A stretch of 64,000 nt of DNA. Source: Endomicrobiales bacterium (lineage in GTDB: Bacteria > Elusimicrobiota > Endomicrobiia > Endomicrobiales > CAWCFT01). The notes below the pieces were generated by a model that searched no databases, was not told the origin of the DNA, and saw nothing but the letters and a program-made list of their open reading frames with translations. Of the stretch, positions 1-11,059 are shown one piece after another. Both the position numbers and the translations under genes were made by a program. Location: the NCBI GenBank assembly GCA_963794945.1, contig CAWCFT010000001.1, positions 288,001 through 352,000 of the forward strand. Direction: 5' to 3'. The stretch's first letter is position 1. Each line of letters opens with the position of its first letter.

Positions 1-661
1 CGCCGCGGATAATATGGGATATTTTCATCCTGACATCATCTACAACTACCGCGAAATTGTACGTGGGCACACCGGATGCTTTCATGATAATAAAGTCATC
101 AAGCATGTAGTTCTCGAATTCCACGCGACCGCGAATCGCGTCGTCGAAAACGGTCTTCCCGGTTTCCGGAACCTTAAGCCTCAGCACAGCTTTTCTGCCT
201 TCAGCTTCGCACTGCTTTCTCTGTTCCGGGGTAAGCGACCTGCACTTGCCGTTATATTTGGGGACTTTTTTTTCTGCCTGTGCCGCTTTCCTCATCTCCT
301 CGACTTCTTCGGGCGTGCAATAACACGGGTAGGCTTTGCCCTCACTTACAAGCTTATCCGCGAATTTTTTATATATACCTTCTTCCGCAGCCTTCATCTG
401 GAAATATGGCGCGAACTCAGGATTTTCTTTGCCGGGACCTTCATCCCAGTCAAGGCCGAGCCATTTCATGCTTTCCAGTATCGCCCCGACAGATTCTTCG
501 GTCGAACGCGCCTCGTCCGTGTCCTCTATGCGGAGGACGAAAGTGCCTTTGTTCTGCTTGGCAAATAACCAGTTATACAGGGCCGTCCTTGCCCCGCCTA
601 TATGCAGGAAGCCTGTAGGCGATGGTGCGAACCGTACTCGAACTTTATTATCCGTACTCAT
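1..661 (-). CDS. gltX: Glutamate--tRNA ligase, N-terminal part (runs off window start)
   Basis: Manual minus-strand translation from ATG at 661: [34 protein letters not shown]...FVLRIEDTD (HIGH-type motif); not in the ORF track because it is partial. Confidence 0.95.
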   Translation of the reverse strand, partial: MSTDNKVRVRFAPSPTGFLHIGGARTALYNWLFAKQNKGTFVLRIEDTDEARSTEESVGAILESMKWLGLDWDEGPGKENPEFAPYFQMKAAEEGIYKKFADKLVSEGKAYPCYCTPEEVEEMRKAAQAEKKVPKYNGKCRSLTPEQRKQCEAEGRKAVLRLKVPETGKTVFDDAIRGRVEFENYMLDDFIIMKASGVPTYNFAVVVDDVRMKISHIIRG

Positions 662-847
662 GTATCTATCTCCCGGGATCTTATGCTTATCCGCATATCA
701 ATGCCATTTTATAATTTTAGTTAAATTATGCGGCGGGTTATGTAATTCGACAGGTTTTAGGATGCTGAGAAAGGTTGACGTGGCTCTTTCTGATCGCTGA
801 AAAACTGACGTGGGTTGTTCTGCCGCGGCTTATCACACACTGTTTAT

Positions 848-2144
848 TTAATTGAACTTAAAGCCTACACCCAGTATAGTTTGTGTGACTGAAAGAGCAA
901 CAGTATCGTTTTCGCTCGCGTAGCTCCTGGAAAAATACGTGTAATCGGTGATGCTCCTCTGTTCTATGAACAAGGTGGTACTGTCGCCAACGTTAACCCT
1001 AACACCGATAATTGGTGAACGAAGCAGAAAACCCACGGTGAATTCGTCGAGCGAACCGCCACCCTCCTGCAGTATGTACGGAGAAGAAACACTGCCTAAC
1101 GACATACCGATACCAACACCAACATACGGCTGTATCATTTTATTTGTGAACCTGTAAAGCAGGTCCATGGATATTAGGTTAAAAACGCTCATTTTAAAAT
1201 AATCGCTGTTGGAATCATTGTAAGTAGAGGGACTGTTGCCGTACGTTACCGTTGCTACCTGCTTTGGCATGGTCGCTGAATAATATGAGCACTCCATGTC
1301 AAAACCCCAGTGCTTGCCGTAACCCACTATTCTTGCGCCTATAGGCGCGGTGCCGTCCATATTTACACCGCTAAAAGAATACTTAGTGTAGGTTCTGGAA
1401 ACTGAATAACTGCTACTGTTATTTGAAGCTTGCCAATATATATCCAGGTTAGACGACGGGATACCGCTATTATTATTGAATGTCAGGTCCATCTTGCCGC
1501 TGCCTCCACCTAATCCGGTGAAAAGGTCGACATACGTATCAAGTTTCGGGCCGCCGCGTCTGGTAGCGGGCTGTTTGTACATAGGCTGTTGTTCTTCCTG
1601 GACAGCCTGTTCCTGTTGGGGAGCCGGCTGCGAATGGGGGGGCGGTGGCGCAATCGAAACATCCGACCATATCTTTTTAATGCTTACCGATGCCGTGTTA
1701 AGCACCTCAGCCGTTTCTGTTTTTATAAGCCTCGCGTTAACTTCTACCATGCCGTCCTCAACATCAAGAAGAGTACCGCTGATGATAGCGTCAACACCCA
1801 ATATCTTTCCTATTTGTTTCGCTGTTTCGGCACTTACGGCTCCAGATGTTTCAAGATGCTGTTCCTGGATAAGGTTCTCAAGAAGCTCTCTTTCTATAAC
1901 CTGATATTTTTTAAGTTTTACTATACGCGTCGTAAGTCGCTCTGAAACTATCGAACCGCCTTCCGATTTGCGTTTGTCCAAGTAACTAAAAGGTAATATA
2001 GCTATCTTAGCCTGTCCAGTTGAAATCACGACGTTGCAAAGATCTTTAGCGAGATCATCGTATTCGTCCGCAAAAGCCGTGGCAGCAGAACCAGGTAAGG
2101 ATTATCCCGGACACGACAAGCAAGAATTTGGTGATTTTCTTCAT
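848..2144 (-). CDS. Secreted protein: CsgG/FlgO-like N-terminal domain, Pro/Gln linker and C-terminal outer-membrane beta-barrel; 1-nt frameshift near 2092
   Basis: ORF 848..2029 has a CsgG-like pattern (VIERELLENLIQEQ...IGKILGVDAIISGT) and ends in GFKFN; a signal peptide MKKITKFLLVVSGIIL starts at 2144 in another frame. Confidence 0.7.
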
Positions 2145-2441
2145 ACACTCTCCGTTAATAATTTAAACTAAAACATTGCTGTATATTCTAGCAGTTTTGC
2201 GTTTCAGTTTCAAGGTATTTCGCAACGAAATTTTTCTTCGGCCTTTATAAAGTTCTAAACAAGCAAATTCACAGCAATTAACGGAGCCCAAGTTTATAAT
2301 GCTTGTAATACTATCCTAAAACAAAGCAAGGCTTTCACAATTAATTACACAGCTTCCTTAGACTACTCGCAAAATATATCATTTTTTTTAGCTGTATAAG
2401 GTAGGCGTAGGCTACATTATTCGATGGAGGATTTCTTCAAT

Positions 2442-2975
2442 TTACTGGTATGACAACACTGTTTTTGTCTTTTCTACTATTTCTGCGGCTATTTTGTCTG
2501 ATTTAGCTGTCGTTGAGTCTTTCTGGCCTTTATCCTGCGACAGATAGTCTCCAATTGCATTTAACAGCACAATTCTTTTTTGGACACTTTCGTCAGCAAA
2601 GACTCTTACGCTCCTGTCTTTGTTCTTGTCTTCGATGAAATTGACTATGATTATGGCGCCGTAACTGTTCGCCTTCATTCCTTTAAGACTAGCTCCGTAA
2701 GCGATTTTTACGTATTTCCCTTCATTCTTCAGTTCTTGGGCCACTTTAATAATCACAGGGTCGTTTGTCTTGGCCTTATTAGAAACTATCAGCACTCTGC
2801 TTGAGCGGTTGTTGCCTTCTGTTCCGGCCGCAGTATTGTGTCCGGCCGCGATCATAAGCAGGCAAACCAATAAAAAGCATACTTTGAATATGCCGTGCAT
2901 GGATCTAAAGTAGCCTGACATTGTTTTGTTCAAATTCATGTTCTCCGGGCTTTGTATTTTATGTTCGGCCTGCAT
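2442..2975 (-). CDS. Hypothetical exported protein (small alpha/beta domain)
   Basis: 177-aa ORF with a hydrophobic signal-like segment; true start may be downstream. Confidence 0.5.
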   Translation of the reverse strand: MQAEHKIQSPENMNLNKTMSGYFRSMHGIFKVCFLLVCLLMIAAGHNTAAGTEGNNRSSRVLIVSNKAKTNDPVIIKVAQELKNEGKYVKIAYGASLKGMKANSYGAIIIVNFIEDKNKDRSVRVFADESVQKRIVLLNAIGDYLSQDKGQKDSTTAKSDKIAAEIVEKTKTVLSYQ

Positions 2976-3004
2976 TTTTACTGCAGTTTATCTCATATCC
3001 CGCG

Positions 3005-3397
3005 TCACGGCCTCTGCGCTTCTATCACTTTTGAAGACACATGTATATCGCTTAAGGTTTTGCCCTGGCTAGTTTTGGCACCCTGAAGGGTTATGTCGGC
3101 TGTACCGCCTTCACTTACATTTGGGAACGAATACGTTAAACGGCACCTGTACTGGTCTACCCAGTAGACAGGGAAAGACAGGTTATTATCATCCGGCATT
3201 TTAAAATTCAGCTGAGGAGCAACTGTCGTATCCATCCGCACATTGAAAATGAACGTGAAGGTCGTTGGCGTTCCAGCTTGAATTGTATCCGGAGATGAAT
3301 AATAGCTTGTCAGCTCCATTGGCTGTGAGGCGAACACAGGCAACAACCCGGCCTTAAACATCAGTGACAGAATAATAACAAAATATTTGATTTTCAT
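3005..3397 (-). CDS. Hypothetical secreted protein (Ig-like beta-rich)
   Basis: ATG at 3397 (MKIKYFVIILSL) with a GAGGTG RBS; beta-strand-rich mature part. Confidence 0.55.
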   Translation of the reverse strand: MKIKYFVIILSLMFKAGLLPVFASQPMELTSYYSSPDTIQAGTPTTFTFIFNVRMDTTVAPQLNFKMPDDNNLSFPVYWVDQYRCRLTYSFPNVSEGGTADITLQGAKTSQGKTLSDIHVSSKVIEAQRP

Positions 3398-3518
3398 AGA
3401 AATCACCTCAAAAAGCGCCTCTATGCAGCTATCATATTCTGTTATATTGTTTGTTTCAAGTAAATCGGCGCGATACACCGCAAACTGACATTTGTCAACT
3501 TTCAGCGGTTAAGATTTA

Positions 3519-4279
3519 TCAGGCTTGTATTTTTTCAAACATTAAACTCCCGATCGCAAGCAAAGCCAAAGCGAGGAAGGAAAGGATACAAAGATCCAGT
3601 CCGATACCGAACTTCCCGCCGTTTATCAGGACCGCCCGCATCCCGTCTATACCGTATGTCAGCGGGTCGATCCTGGTAATTATTTCCATAGCGGTCGGCA
3701 GCCCTGCAGCGGGAACAGCGCGCCCGAAAGAAAGAACACAGGCATAACAAGGAAGTTCATGATCAGTTGAAAACCCTGCATGTCTTCCATAGACGACGCG
3801 AGCGCCACACCCAGCGATGTAAACAACACCGCCACGAGCAGCACAAAAACAAAAGCCAGCGGCAGCAGCAACATGTTCTGAGGCCTGAAGCCTATCACCA
3901 GCGTCAAAAGGAACACTATCACGCCCTGTACCACGGCTACGGTGGCCCCGCCAAGCGTTTTGCCAAGCATGATCTCCAGCCTAGAAACCGGTGCCACCAT
4001 GGTCTCTTTGAGGAACCCGAACTGCCTGTCCCATATAAGGTCGATGCCTGAAAAAACCGCTGTAAAAAGCACGCTCATCATTATAATGCCGGGAGCCAGG
4101 AACTGTATGTAATTTCCTCTTCCAGCCTGTTTGTAGATGGAGCCGAAACCGAATCCCAGTGCGATAAGAAACAGCAAGGGTTGCCCCAATGATCCGATAA
4201 TACGCGACCTTGACCGCAAATATTTTTTCACCTGCCTAAGCCAGAGTATATATATGGTACTCATCAGCGTCGCCTCCAT
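3519..4279 (-). CDS. ABC-2 type transporter permease (DrrB-like); frameshift near 3700
   Basis: DRQFGFLKETMVAPVSR motif; continues in another frame as IDPLTYGIDGMRAVL...EKIQA* ending at 3519. Confidence 0.88.
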
Positions 4280-5079
4280 ATTTTTCTCATCTTTCTCATG
4301 CGGTCCATGCCCGATGCTTCCTGCTCGCGTATCACGCTGCCGGTTATAGCGAGGAACGCCTCTTCCAGCGACTTCGTTTTTGTCTTTTCCTTAAGTTCAG
4401 CAGCTGTTCCTACCGCGCTGATCTTTCCGTGGTCGATTATAGCTATACGGCCTGCCACTTTCTCGGCTTCTTCCATGTAATGGGTCGTAAAAAAGACCGT
4501 CATATTCTCTTTTGCATTAATATCTCTCAGGTAGTTCCACATATGGTTCCTCGTCTGCGGGTCAAGCCCCAGGGTGGGTTCGTCCAAGAACAATATTTTT
4601 GGGTGGTGGACTAGTCCCCTTGCTATCTCAAGCCGGCGTTTCATACCTCCCGAGAAGGTTTTGACAAAGTCTTTCCTGCGGTCCCAAAGCTCCACCATGC
4701 GCATCAGCTCTTCAATGCGGCGATTTCTTATATCGTATGGGACCTTGTAGAGGACTGCGTGGAATTCCATGTTCTCCATCGCCGTCATATCATCATCGAG
4801 GCTCGGGTCCTGAAATACTATCCCGAACGACCTTCTCACTGCGTCCTTGTCATGCATCGGATCATGCCCGTTTACGAGTATTTTTCCGGAACTCGGGTGC
4901 AAAAGAGTGGTGAGCATCTTTATGGTAGTAGTTTTTCCCGCGCCGTTGGGCCCGAGGAATGCGAATGTTTCACCTCTTTGAACTTGAAAGGAAATGTGAT
5001 CTACCGCTGTTAACCCGTCAAAGTTTTTTACCAGGTCGGAAACCGATATTATCGAATTATCTTCATTATTTTCAACCAT
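4264..5079 (-). CDS. ABC transporter ATP-binding protein (DrrA-like)
   Basis: GPNGAGKTT Walker A, FSGGMKRR signature, LFLDEPT Walker B. Confidence 0.93.
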   Translation of the reverse strand: MVENNEDNSIISVSDLVKNFDGLTAVDHISFQVQRGETFAFLGPNGAGKTTTIKMLTTLLHPSSGKILVNGHDPMHDKDAVRRSFGIVFQDPSLDDDMTAMENMEFHAVLYKVPYDIRNRRIEELMRMVELWDRRKDFVKTFSGGMKRRLEIARGLVHHPKILFLDEPTLGLDPQTRNHMWNYLRDINAKENMTVFFTTHYMEEAEKVAGRIAIIDHGKISAVGTAAELKEKTKTKSLEEAFLAITGSVIREQEASGMDRMRKMRKIWRRR

Positions 5080-5109
5080 CAGCTAACTCCTATAATAGTT
5101 GTGTTGTTT

Positions 5110-6393
5110 TCAGCACTTAAGGTCATCATTCTGCGGGTCGTGTTTTACCTGTTCCATCGTATGCATGTCGAACTTGAGGCCAAGTAGTTCCTTGCCGTAA
5201 AGCGCCACAGTTCCGGCTATCCCTATGGTTATCACGCCGCCAATGGCGACGCACGGCACAGCCCCCAGCCACGCGGCCCCCATGCCGCTCTCGAACGCGC
5301 CCAGCTCGTTGGAAGCGCAGATAAATATAGAGCTCGCGGAAGCGATACGGCCTCTCATCTCATCAGGTGACAGAAGCCTTATTATCGAGCGCCTTATTAT
5401 TACGCTTACACCGTCGAAAGCGCCGCTGAAGAACAACGCCGCCATCGACAGCCAGAAGTTCTTTGAAAAAGCGAAAACCAATATGCACACGCCAAAACCC
5501 GAAACGGTAGCTATCAGGTTCCTTCCGGCTTTTCTGATAGGCGGATGCTTAGTGGCAAAAAGCATCGTCACCAGCGCACCCAGGGAAGAAGACGCGTTAA
5601 GCAGGCCCAGCCCTTTCGCGCCGACGTTGAGGATATCGGTCGCGTAGATAGGCAGAAGAGCCACGGCCCCGCCGAAAAAAACGGCGAACATGTCCAGGGA
5701 CATTGACGCCCATAACGCCTGTTTATTAAAAAGGTATCGCCATCCGATAAGGATACTTTTGAATACTGGTTCTCGCTTTTCGGGCATGGATTGCGTTTTG
5801 GGCGGTATAAGCACTGTACACAGCCATGAACATAAGAATAGCGCGCTGATTATAACATACGAAACAGCCGCGCCGAAATAGTCGAAGCTGAAGCCTATCA
5901 TCGCGGGGCCGATGACAGCGCAGCTGAGCCATGTGCTGCTTATCCAAGATGCCGCGTTGACCGTAAGGTGTTTTGGCACCACCTGCGCTTCAAAAGCCGT
6001 GTTTGCCGGGTCGGCGAACCCTCTGGCTATGCCGGCTATAAAGATCATCGAATAGAGGCCGATTATAGACACTGAACTGCTATTTCGTGATAATATGGCG
6101 AGAACAACGGCTGATACTACAGATACCGCTCTGGTTACAATAAGTATATTGCGCCGTTTGAAGTGGTCTGCAACATAACCGCCGAACGGGGATATCGAGA
6201 TCGCTGGTATAGCCTCTATTAGCCCCAGCCATCCCAGAGACAGGGCGGAATGAGTTATCTTGTATATCTGGAAACCTATCACAACCACCAATGCCCGCCC
6301 GGCCAAAGAGAAAAAACCCACCGATCCTATGAACAGGCGTATGTCAGATATCTTTAACGCGTCAGAAAAATTGTATTTTACATTCTCATTCAT
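5110..6393 (-). CDS. MFS transporter
   Basis: About 12 hydrophobic segments, GGYVADHFKRR MFS motif, PDEMRGR loop. Confidence 0.9.
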   Translation of the reverse strand: MNENVKYNFSDALKISDIRLFIGSVGFFSLAGRALVVVIGFQIYKITHSALSLGWLGLIEAIPAISISPFGGYVADHFKRRNILIVTRAVSVVSAVVLAILSRNSSSVSIIGLYSMIFIAGIARGFADPANTAFEAQVVPKHLTVNAASWISSTWLSCAVIGPAMIGFSFDYFGAAVSYVIISALFLCSWLCTVLIPPKTQSMPEKREPVFKSILIGWRYLFNKQALWASMSLDMFAVFFGGAVALLPIYATDILNVGAKGLGLLNASSSLGALVTMLFATKHPPIRKAGRNLIATVSGFGVCILVFAFSKNFWLSMAALFFSGAFDGVSVIIRRSIIRLLSPDEMRGRIASASSIFICASNELGAFESGMGAAWLGAVPCVAIGGVITIGIAGTVALYGKELLGLKFDMHTMEQVKHDPQNDDLKC

Positions 6394-6426
6394 TTTTTAC
6401 ATATTATAATCGCTGATTTTATGATA

Positions 6427-7791
6427 TCAGAACAATCCGCCAAAGGCCGCGGATATTTTCCAATCCTTGTCATCTATGCTATAAGTGTAACCCAAGCCCA
6501 GCGGCAAAGGGAACCGCCAGAACTGAAAGTTAAGATTGAATCCCACGCCTTCTTTGGCACCTTCCCGGCTGCTAACCTGCGGGTTGTCGAAAAAACACTC
6601 GGAATATTCGCAGAAGACTTCGCCGTTAAGCTGGCCGTGACTGTTCCGAAGCAGCGACCTATGGTACGCGGTATTGGCAGTCACTATCTTGTCGCCGCGG
6701 AATTCTCTGGCGTAAACACCAAGCAGGCCTGCGCTGCGGTCGGTCACGAAAAGCTGGCTGTCCGGCAAATTTACCCCGTAACCGGCTTTCATCGAGACCG
6801 ACCACCTGCTGCGGTCCGTATAATTTATAACGCGGCTGCCCGAAAGCGATATTTTACTAAATTCAGAGTCCGAACCGAAGGCCTTGATGGACCCATCTAG
6901 CGAGGTTTGGCAGCCGTAATCAACTGTTGTACACAATAGCGGTTTGAAATTCTCCTGCAGGTCAGCCATGCCGAGGCCGAAAAGCCTGCCGATGATAGCA
7001 GCGACATCTCTGCCCGGCCCAAACTTTCCATATTGCAGGCCAATATGCAAAACATTTATTCTACCCGTATCGTTCGGTGTTGAAACTGTACCATTGCTAT
7101 ACTGAACATCGTTGAAACTAACGCCCAAATTGCCCTTGAACCTCTCGGATAGCTGCCTGCTTGCGGAGAACCGCAATGTGGTCTCATCCTGATCATAGGA
7201 GTTGACTATCTGTCCATAATTCGCTAGGGTACCGATATTCTTCTCGGTGATTATCTGCGAATTATATGCCCCATCCTGATACTGATACTGAGTAAATGTA
7301 TTTCTCTCCAAAGCAGCGCTGAAAGTTACTTTATTGAATTGAGTTGAGAGTGAATAGCGCGACAGCGAATCCTGGAAACTGGCAAAAGCCGAAATGCGTT
7401 CGCCTTTTTTTAAAGCGTTCTGTTCTAAAATAGCGCCGCCGAAATACCTTTCTCCTCCGTTGCTGCCGAACATCGGCACTGGTAGAAGATACCAGCCGTC
7501 TCGTGCGTCAATAATTATTTTAGTGCCGCCCGTAATTTCATCCTTTTGTTCAGATATATCAAGTTTCTTGAAGATCCCCAGAGAATAAAGATTGGCCCTG
7601 CTTTTCGCGATCTTTGCCTCGTCAACCGCATCGCCCTCATGAAAAGCCAGATTCATTCGGATAATTGATTCGTCTATCCTGTTGCCGGTTATCTCTATCT
7701 TTGTAATGATGTTCCCGGAAGGCGCGCTATCTGCGAACCCCGTCCCGGCCGAGAACATGAAAAACAAGATTATTAAAATAGATCTCAGCAT
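6427..7791 (-). CDS. Omp85/BamA-TamA-family outer membrane protein (one POTRA domain plus barrel)
   Basis: Signal peptide, POTRA pattern ITKIEITGN...NLYSLGIF, C-terminal Phe. Confidence 0.75.
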   Translation of the reverse strand: MLRSILIILFFMFSAGTGFADSAPSGNIITKIEITGNRIDESIIRMNLAFHEGDAVDEAKIAKSRANLYSLGIFKKLDISEQKDEITGGTKIIIDARDGWYLLPVPMFGSNGGERYFGGAILEQNALKKGERISAFASFQDSLSRYSLSTQFNKVTFSAALERNTFTQYQYQDGAYNSQIITEKNIGTLANYGQIVNSYDQDETTLRFSASRQLSERFKGNLGVSFNDVQYSNGTVSTPNDTGRINVLHIGLQYGKFGPGRDVAAIIGRLFGLGMADLQENFKPLLCTTVDYGCQTSLDGSIKAFGSDSEFSKISLSGSRVINYTDRSRWSVSMKAGYGVNLPDSQLFVTDRSAGLLGVYAREFRGDKIVTANTAYHRSLLRNSHGQLNGEVFCEYSECFFDNPQVSSREGAKEGVGFNLNFQFWRFPLPLGLGYTYSIDDKDWKISAAFGGLF

Positions 7792-7806
7792 TATTTCACT
7801 TTATTG

Positions 7807-8514
7807 CTATTTCAGCATGGCCCTAACTTTCAACTCTTTCGGCATTTTTTCTATAGCATAGCGAAGTGCGGTCCTAGGCATAACCGCTTTGTTCCTCATC
7901 ACGTATTTGAAAACTTCATTCTGGTGAGCCTGGCTCGCGGCCTTTAGCATCCACCCGTATCCCTTTTGCACCATATCGTCCTGGTCCAAAAGCAGAATAT
8001 CGGCTATCTCGAAAATATCTTTGAGGAACTTGCCGTGCCGTGCGGGTATTATTAGAGATACCGCGGAAGCCCGGCGCACCCAGCGGTTCTTTGACAGAGC
8101 CCATTTCTTCATCCCGGACAGGAATTGCGGATACATTTCGACGAAAGCTCCTACCGTGTGGTTGCATAACGTATCGCAAGAGGCCCAGTTACCTATATAT
8201 GTGTTGACCCACTTGCGAAAAATTTCGTAATCTGCTGGCTCATAATCTTTTCTTAACCGGTATGCCCATTCGCAAGCGACAAATGATTCTTCCATATAAC
8301 CAAACCGCCACAAATATTCACACAAGGCAAACACTTCACCCTTTCTTCTTTCTTTTAGCGACTTAAAACATTCGGTGGCTATCTTGTACACAACCGCGCT
8401 CTTTACTCCATAATGTTTTACTTTTTCCTTAAAAAAATGTTGCGCACTCTGCCTTGTTCTTTCGTCCGAACTATTTATTAACTGCAGGCGAACAGCCTTA
8501 ATAACTGGATCCAT
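7807..8514 (-). CDS. DNA alkylation repair protein (AlkD-like)
   Basis: NWASCD, SKNRWVRRAS and DDMVQKGYGWMLK motifs. Confidence 0.9.
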   Translation of the reverse strand: MDPVIKAVRLQLINSSDERTRQSAQHFFKEKVKHYGVKSAVVYKIATECFKSLKERRKGEVFALCEYLWRFGYMEESFVACEWAYRLRKDYEPADYEIFRKWVNTYIGNWASCDTLCNHTVGAFVEMYPQFLSGMKKWALSKNRWVRRASAVSLIIPARHGKFLKDIFEIADILLLDQDDMVQKGYGWMLKAASQAHQNEVFKYVMRNKAVMPRTALRYAIEKMPKELKVRAMLK

Positions 8515-8574
8515 GTTTACGCTCCGCACATATATTTTTAATCAGATCTACTTTCTTTGCAGCGATGCCAGAAC

Positions 8575-9213
8575 TTAATTGCACTCATATAGAACTATTT
8601 TGGCGCTGTTGCCGAAGTTTTTCCAATCATTGGAGCCGCCGCCAGCCTTAAACCCCAACAATTCCACATAATACTTATTTCCACAGATGAACTTCTTTTC
8701 CTCTTTAATAACTTTATCGAATGTCTGGATTTTGCCGTCACTGTATTTTACTTCGATTGACGCGTTTGGCGTGTCTCCGGAACAGATATTCGAGACCTTG
8801 ATATAGATCGGGTCGTCCGCGATCTTAAAATATTTATTCTCATTTATCCACAAAGGCACAAGAATAAGTTTTGGCTCTTTTATGAGGCCCTTCGATATAA
8901 TTATATTGCCTGGCGTATCCGCCCCAGTTGCTTCGCTGTTCTGTGTTTCATTTTTCGCTTTTGAGCGAGAACCGCGCGATTGAGATATCAAGCTTATACT
9001 AGAAAGCAGTTCTTTTATACCGGCATTATATTCATTCGGCAGCAAGTCTATTAATCGGGTTCCTATGTTTGAAGGTGTGCTGGGATCATTTACGGCAGTG
9101 TTACTGCCCTTGTACAAAAAACCTCGCAGCGAAAAAAACATCAGAACCTCTATCAATATTACAGCTATCGAGAACTTAAGTAAATTTTTTAACATAATAA
9201 ATACTCCAGCCAA
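8575..9213 (-). CDS. Hypothetical membrane-anchored protein
   Basis: 212-aa ORF with one N-terminal TM segment; no family recognised. Confidence 0.5.
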   Translation of the reverse strand: MAGVFIMLKNLLKFSIAVILIEVLMFFSLRGFLYKGSNTAVNDPSTPSNIGTRLIDLLPNEYNAGIKELLSSISLISQSRGSRSKAKNETQNSEATGADTPGNIIISKGLIKEPKLILVPLWINENKYFKIADDPIYIKVSNICSGDTPNASIEVKYSDGKIQTFDKVIKEEKKFICGNKYYVELLGFKAGGGSNDWKNFGNSAKIVLYECN

Positions 9214-9400
9214 AGCTTATGCATTGAGTTCGATCCTTAAAAACAAACCACCCCGAAAATTCGGCGTGGTTTATATTAATGCCATATGACACGGAAAACC
9301 TTATTATTCCGAGTACTAAGGGCATATAGTGTTATTATGCGTCACAACATTCACTTTACGAACGTATGGCACTTGTTATCGCGTGAATATATTCGCGATT

Positions 9401-9973
9401 TCAGTGAGCGGACGAGCTGTTTTTCAGGTCGGCAGCAAGCTGTTTGACAAGTGAGGATACAAGATATTCAAAGGCAGTCTGGACATCGGCTGCATCGTTG
9501 GTATCGGAGCCTACCCAGAGGACTTCTCCAGTTTCAACGCTTATCATCCGCACGGTCACACCAACCTCAGCCGATATAAAGCGCGGGTAACCCGCATCAT
9601 AAAAATTCTGCTGGGGCACTACCATGGGTATAGAACCGGTCACTATAGCATCTATCCCCAGGAGCTTGAACTGCGTGATGGTTTCCGGGTCCATTAGGTT
9701 GGTGAGCTGAAGATTGTGCTCCCTTAGCAGCGTGTCCATCTGTTCGCGTTCGATGATATTGAAACCGGTCATAAGCAGGTATTTCGCGAACAGCTCAGAA
9801 ACTATCGATCCGGAGTTCGGATAATTTGGAGAATCTTTGAAATCAATTACCGCTATTCTTTTAATCTTTGAAAAATCATAGTTCTGCTTCATTACGATCG
9901 TAGCTGTACTGCCGCAAGAAGATAGCATAATTCCCAAGAACACGAACAGTAACGGAAGGGTTATCTTTTTCAT
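9401..9973 (-). CDS. CsgG/HfaB-like lipoprotein
   Basis: Lipobox LSSC; RIAVIDF...IIEREQMD...LGIDAIVTGSI...VETGEVLW. Confidence 0.75.
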   Translation of the reverse strand: MKKITLPLLFVFLGIMLSSCGSTATIVMKQNYDFSKIKRIAVIDFKDSPNYPNSGSIVSELFAKYLLMTGFNIIEREQMDTLLREHNLQLTNLMDPETITQFKLLGIDAIVTGSIPMVVPQQNFYDAGYPRFISAEVGVTVRMISVETGEVLWVGSDTNDAADVQTAFEYLVSSLVKQLAADLKNSSSAH

Positions 9974-10503
9974 TGCAGTCCCTCCTGGAGCATCTCAACA
10001 TGATTTTTTGCCCGTTTTATGCTCTCTTTTACTGTAATGCCAAGGCTCCAGTGCATATTGGAAGGCATAGTTTTTTTGCTGTCGGCATACTTTAAATAAT
10101 TTTGCCAGGCTTCTAGGGCTTTTACTTTCATATCTCTTCCTATTTCCGGCTTTGAAGTGCCGAGAGCTTTTTTTTCGTATATCATGCCCATAAAATAGTA
10201 TGTCGCCGGATTTTCTTTATTTAGTTCAATTGATTTTAAAAATCCGTCAAGCGCACTGCTGAAATGCTCGTTGCGGAAATACACAAGCCCCAGACAGAAA
10301 TAGGCTTGCGACATATCCTGTTTTGGATTCTGCTCTATTATACGTTTTATAGCAGCTACCGCTTCATCATGCTTATCATGTTTGTCCAAGTCCATAGCCT
10401 GTCTCAGGGTTAACAGCGGTTTATTCTGTTCAGCCCGTACTGGTACCGACATTAAACATGATATTAAAATCATTAAAGATACTCTGATCAAATAATTATT
10501 CAT
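9970..10503 (-). CDS. Secreted tetratricopeptide-repeat protein
   Basis: Signal peptide; TPR units AYFCLGLVYF and TYYFMGMIYE; 4-nt overlap with the lipoprotein gene. Confidence 0.8.
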   Translation of the reverse strand: MNNYLIRVSLMILISCLMSVPVRAEQNKPLLTLRQAMDLDKHDKHDEAVAAIKRIIEQNPKQDMSQAYFCLGLVYFRNEHFSSALDGFLKSIELNKENPATYYFMGMIYEKKALGTSKPEIGRDMKVKALEAWQNYLKYADSKKTMPSNMHWSLGITVKESIKRAKNHVEMLQEGLQ

Positions 10504-11059
10504 TTTTACTCCTTCTAGCCTTCTATGGTTAGACAAATCGTGGCTGCCGTTAGTTTCATTATGCCAAAATTACCGTTTTAAATCAAACAAATGCCGCTGC
10601 ATAATAAACTTTTATTGCAATACAAAACCCATCGGGCAGTTTGAATTTCTGAAGATGTTTAAGGGCTTCGTTTTTAAAATGCCGTAACCTTCTTCACCTT
10701 TGACGGTAAATATATGCTCGAGCAGCGCGCGTGTACCGTGAGAATACTGCGCGGCCCACTATTCCTCTTCACGCGCGTAGAAAAAATCTTTCCTCTTTTC
10801 TGTTAAGGCATGACATCGCCCCAGTCTGTATCGCTCTTACCCTATCTTCGAAGCTTTTTTCGTATTTCGGCCGCAGGCCTTGCGATCTCCGTGTTTTTAT
10901 TGTATAAAATTTACTGCTGTTCGGGCAAGGGTGTTCAATTATCGCATAAAATTTGCTAGAATCATTCAACGCCTTGCTCGGCTTACTTGTTTTGAGGCTT
11001 GAGATAAGGCGCTTTTTTATTCGCTTAACAAAATAAATTTCTTATTCAAAGGATGTTAG

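Noticed and set aside
14..800. Plus-strand ORFs 14..568, 280..618 and 336..800
   Set aside because: Antisense shadows of gltX on the minus strand
10540..11050. ~500-nt gap containing the 66-aa ORF 10769..10969
   Set aside because: No recognisable motif or convincing RNA structure; left unannotated
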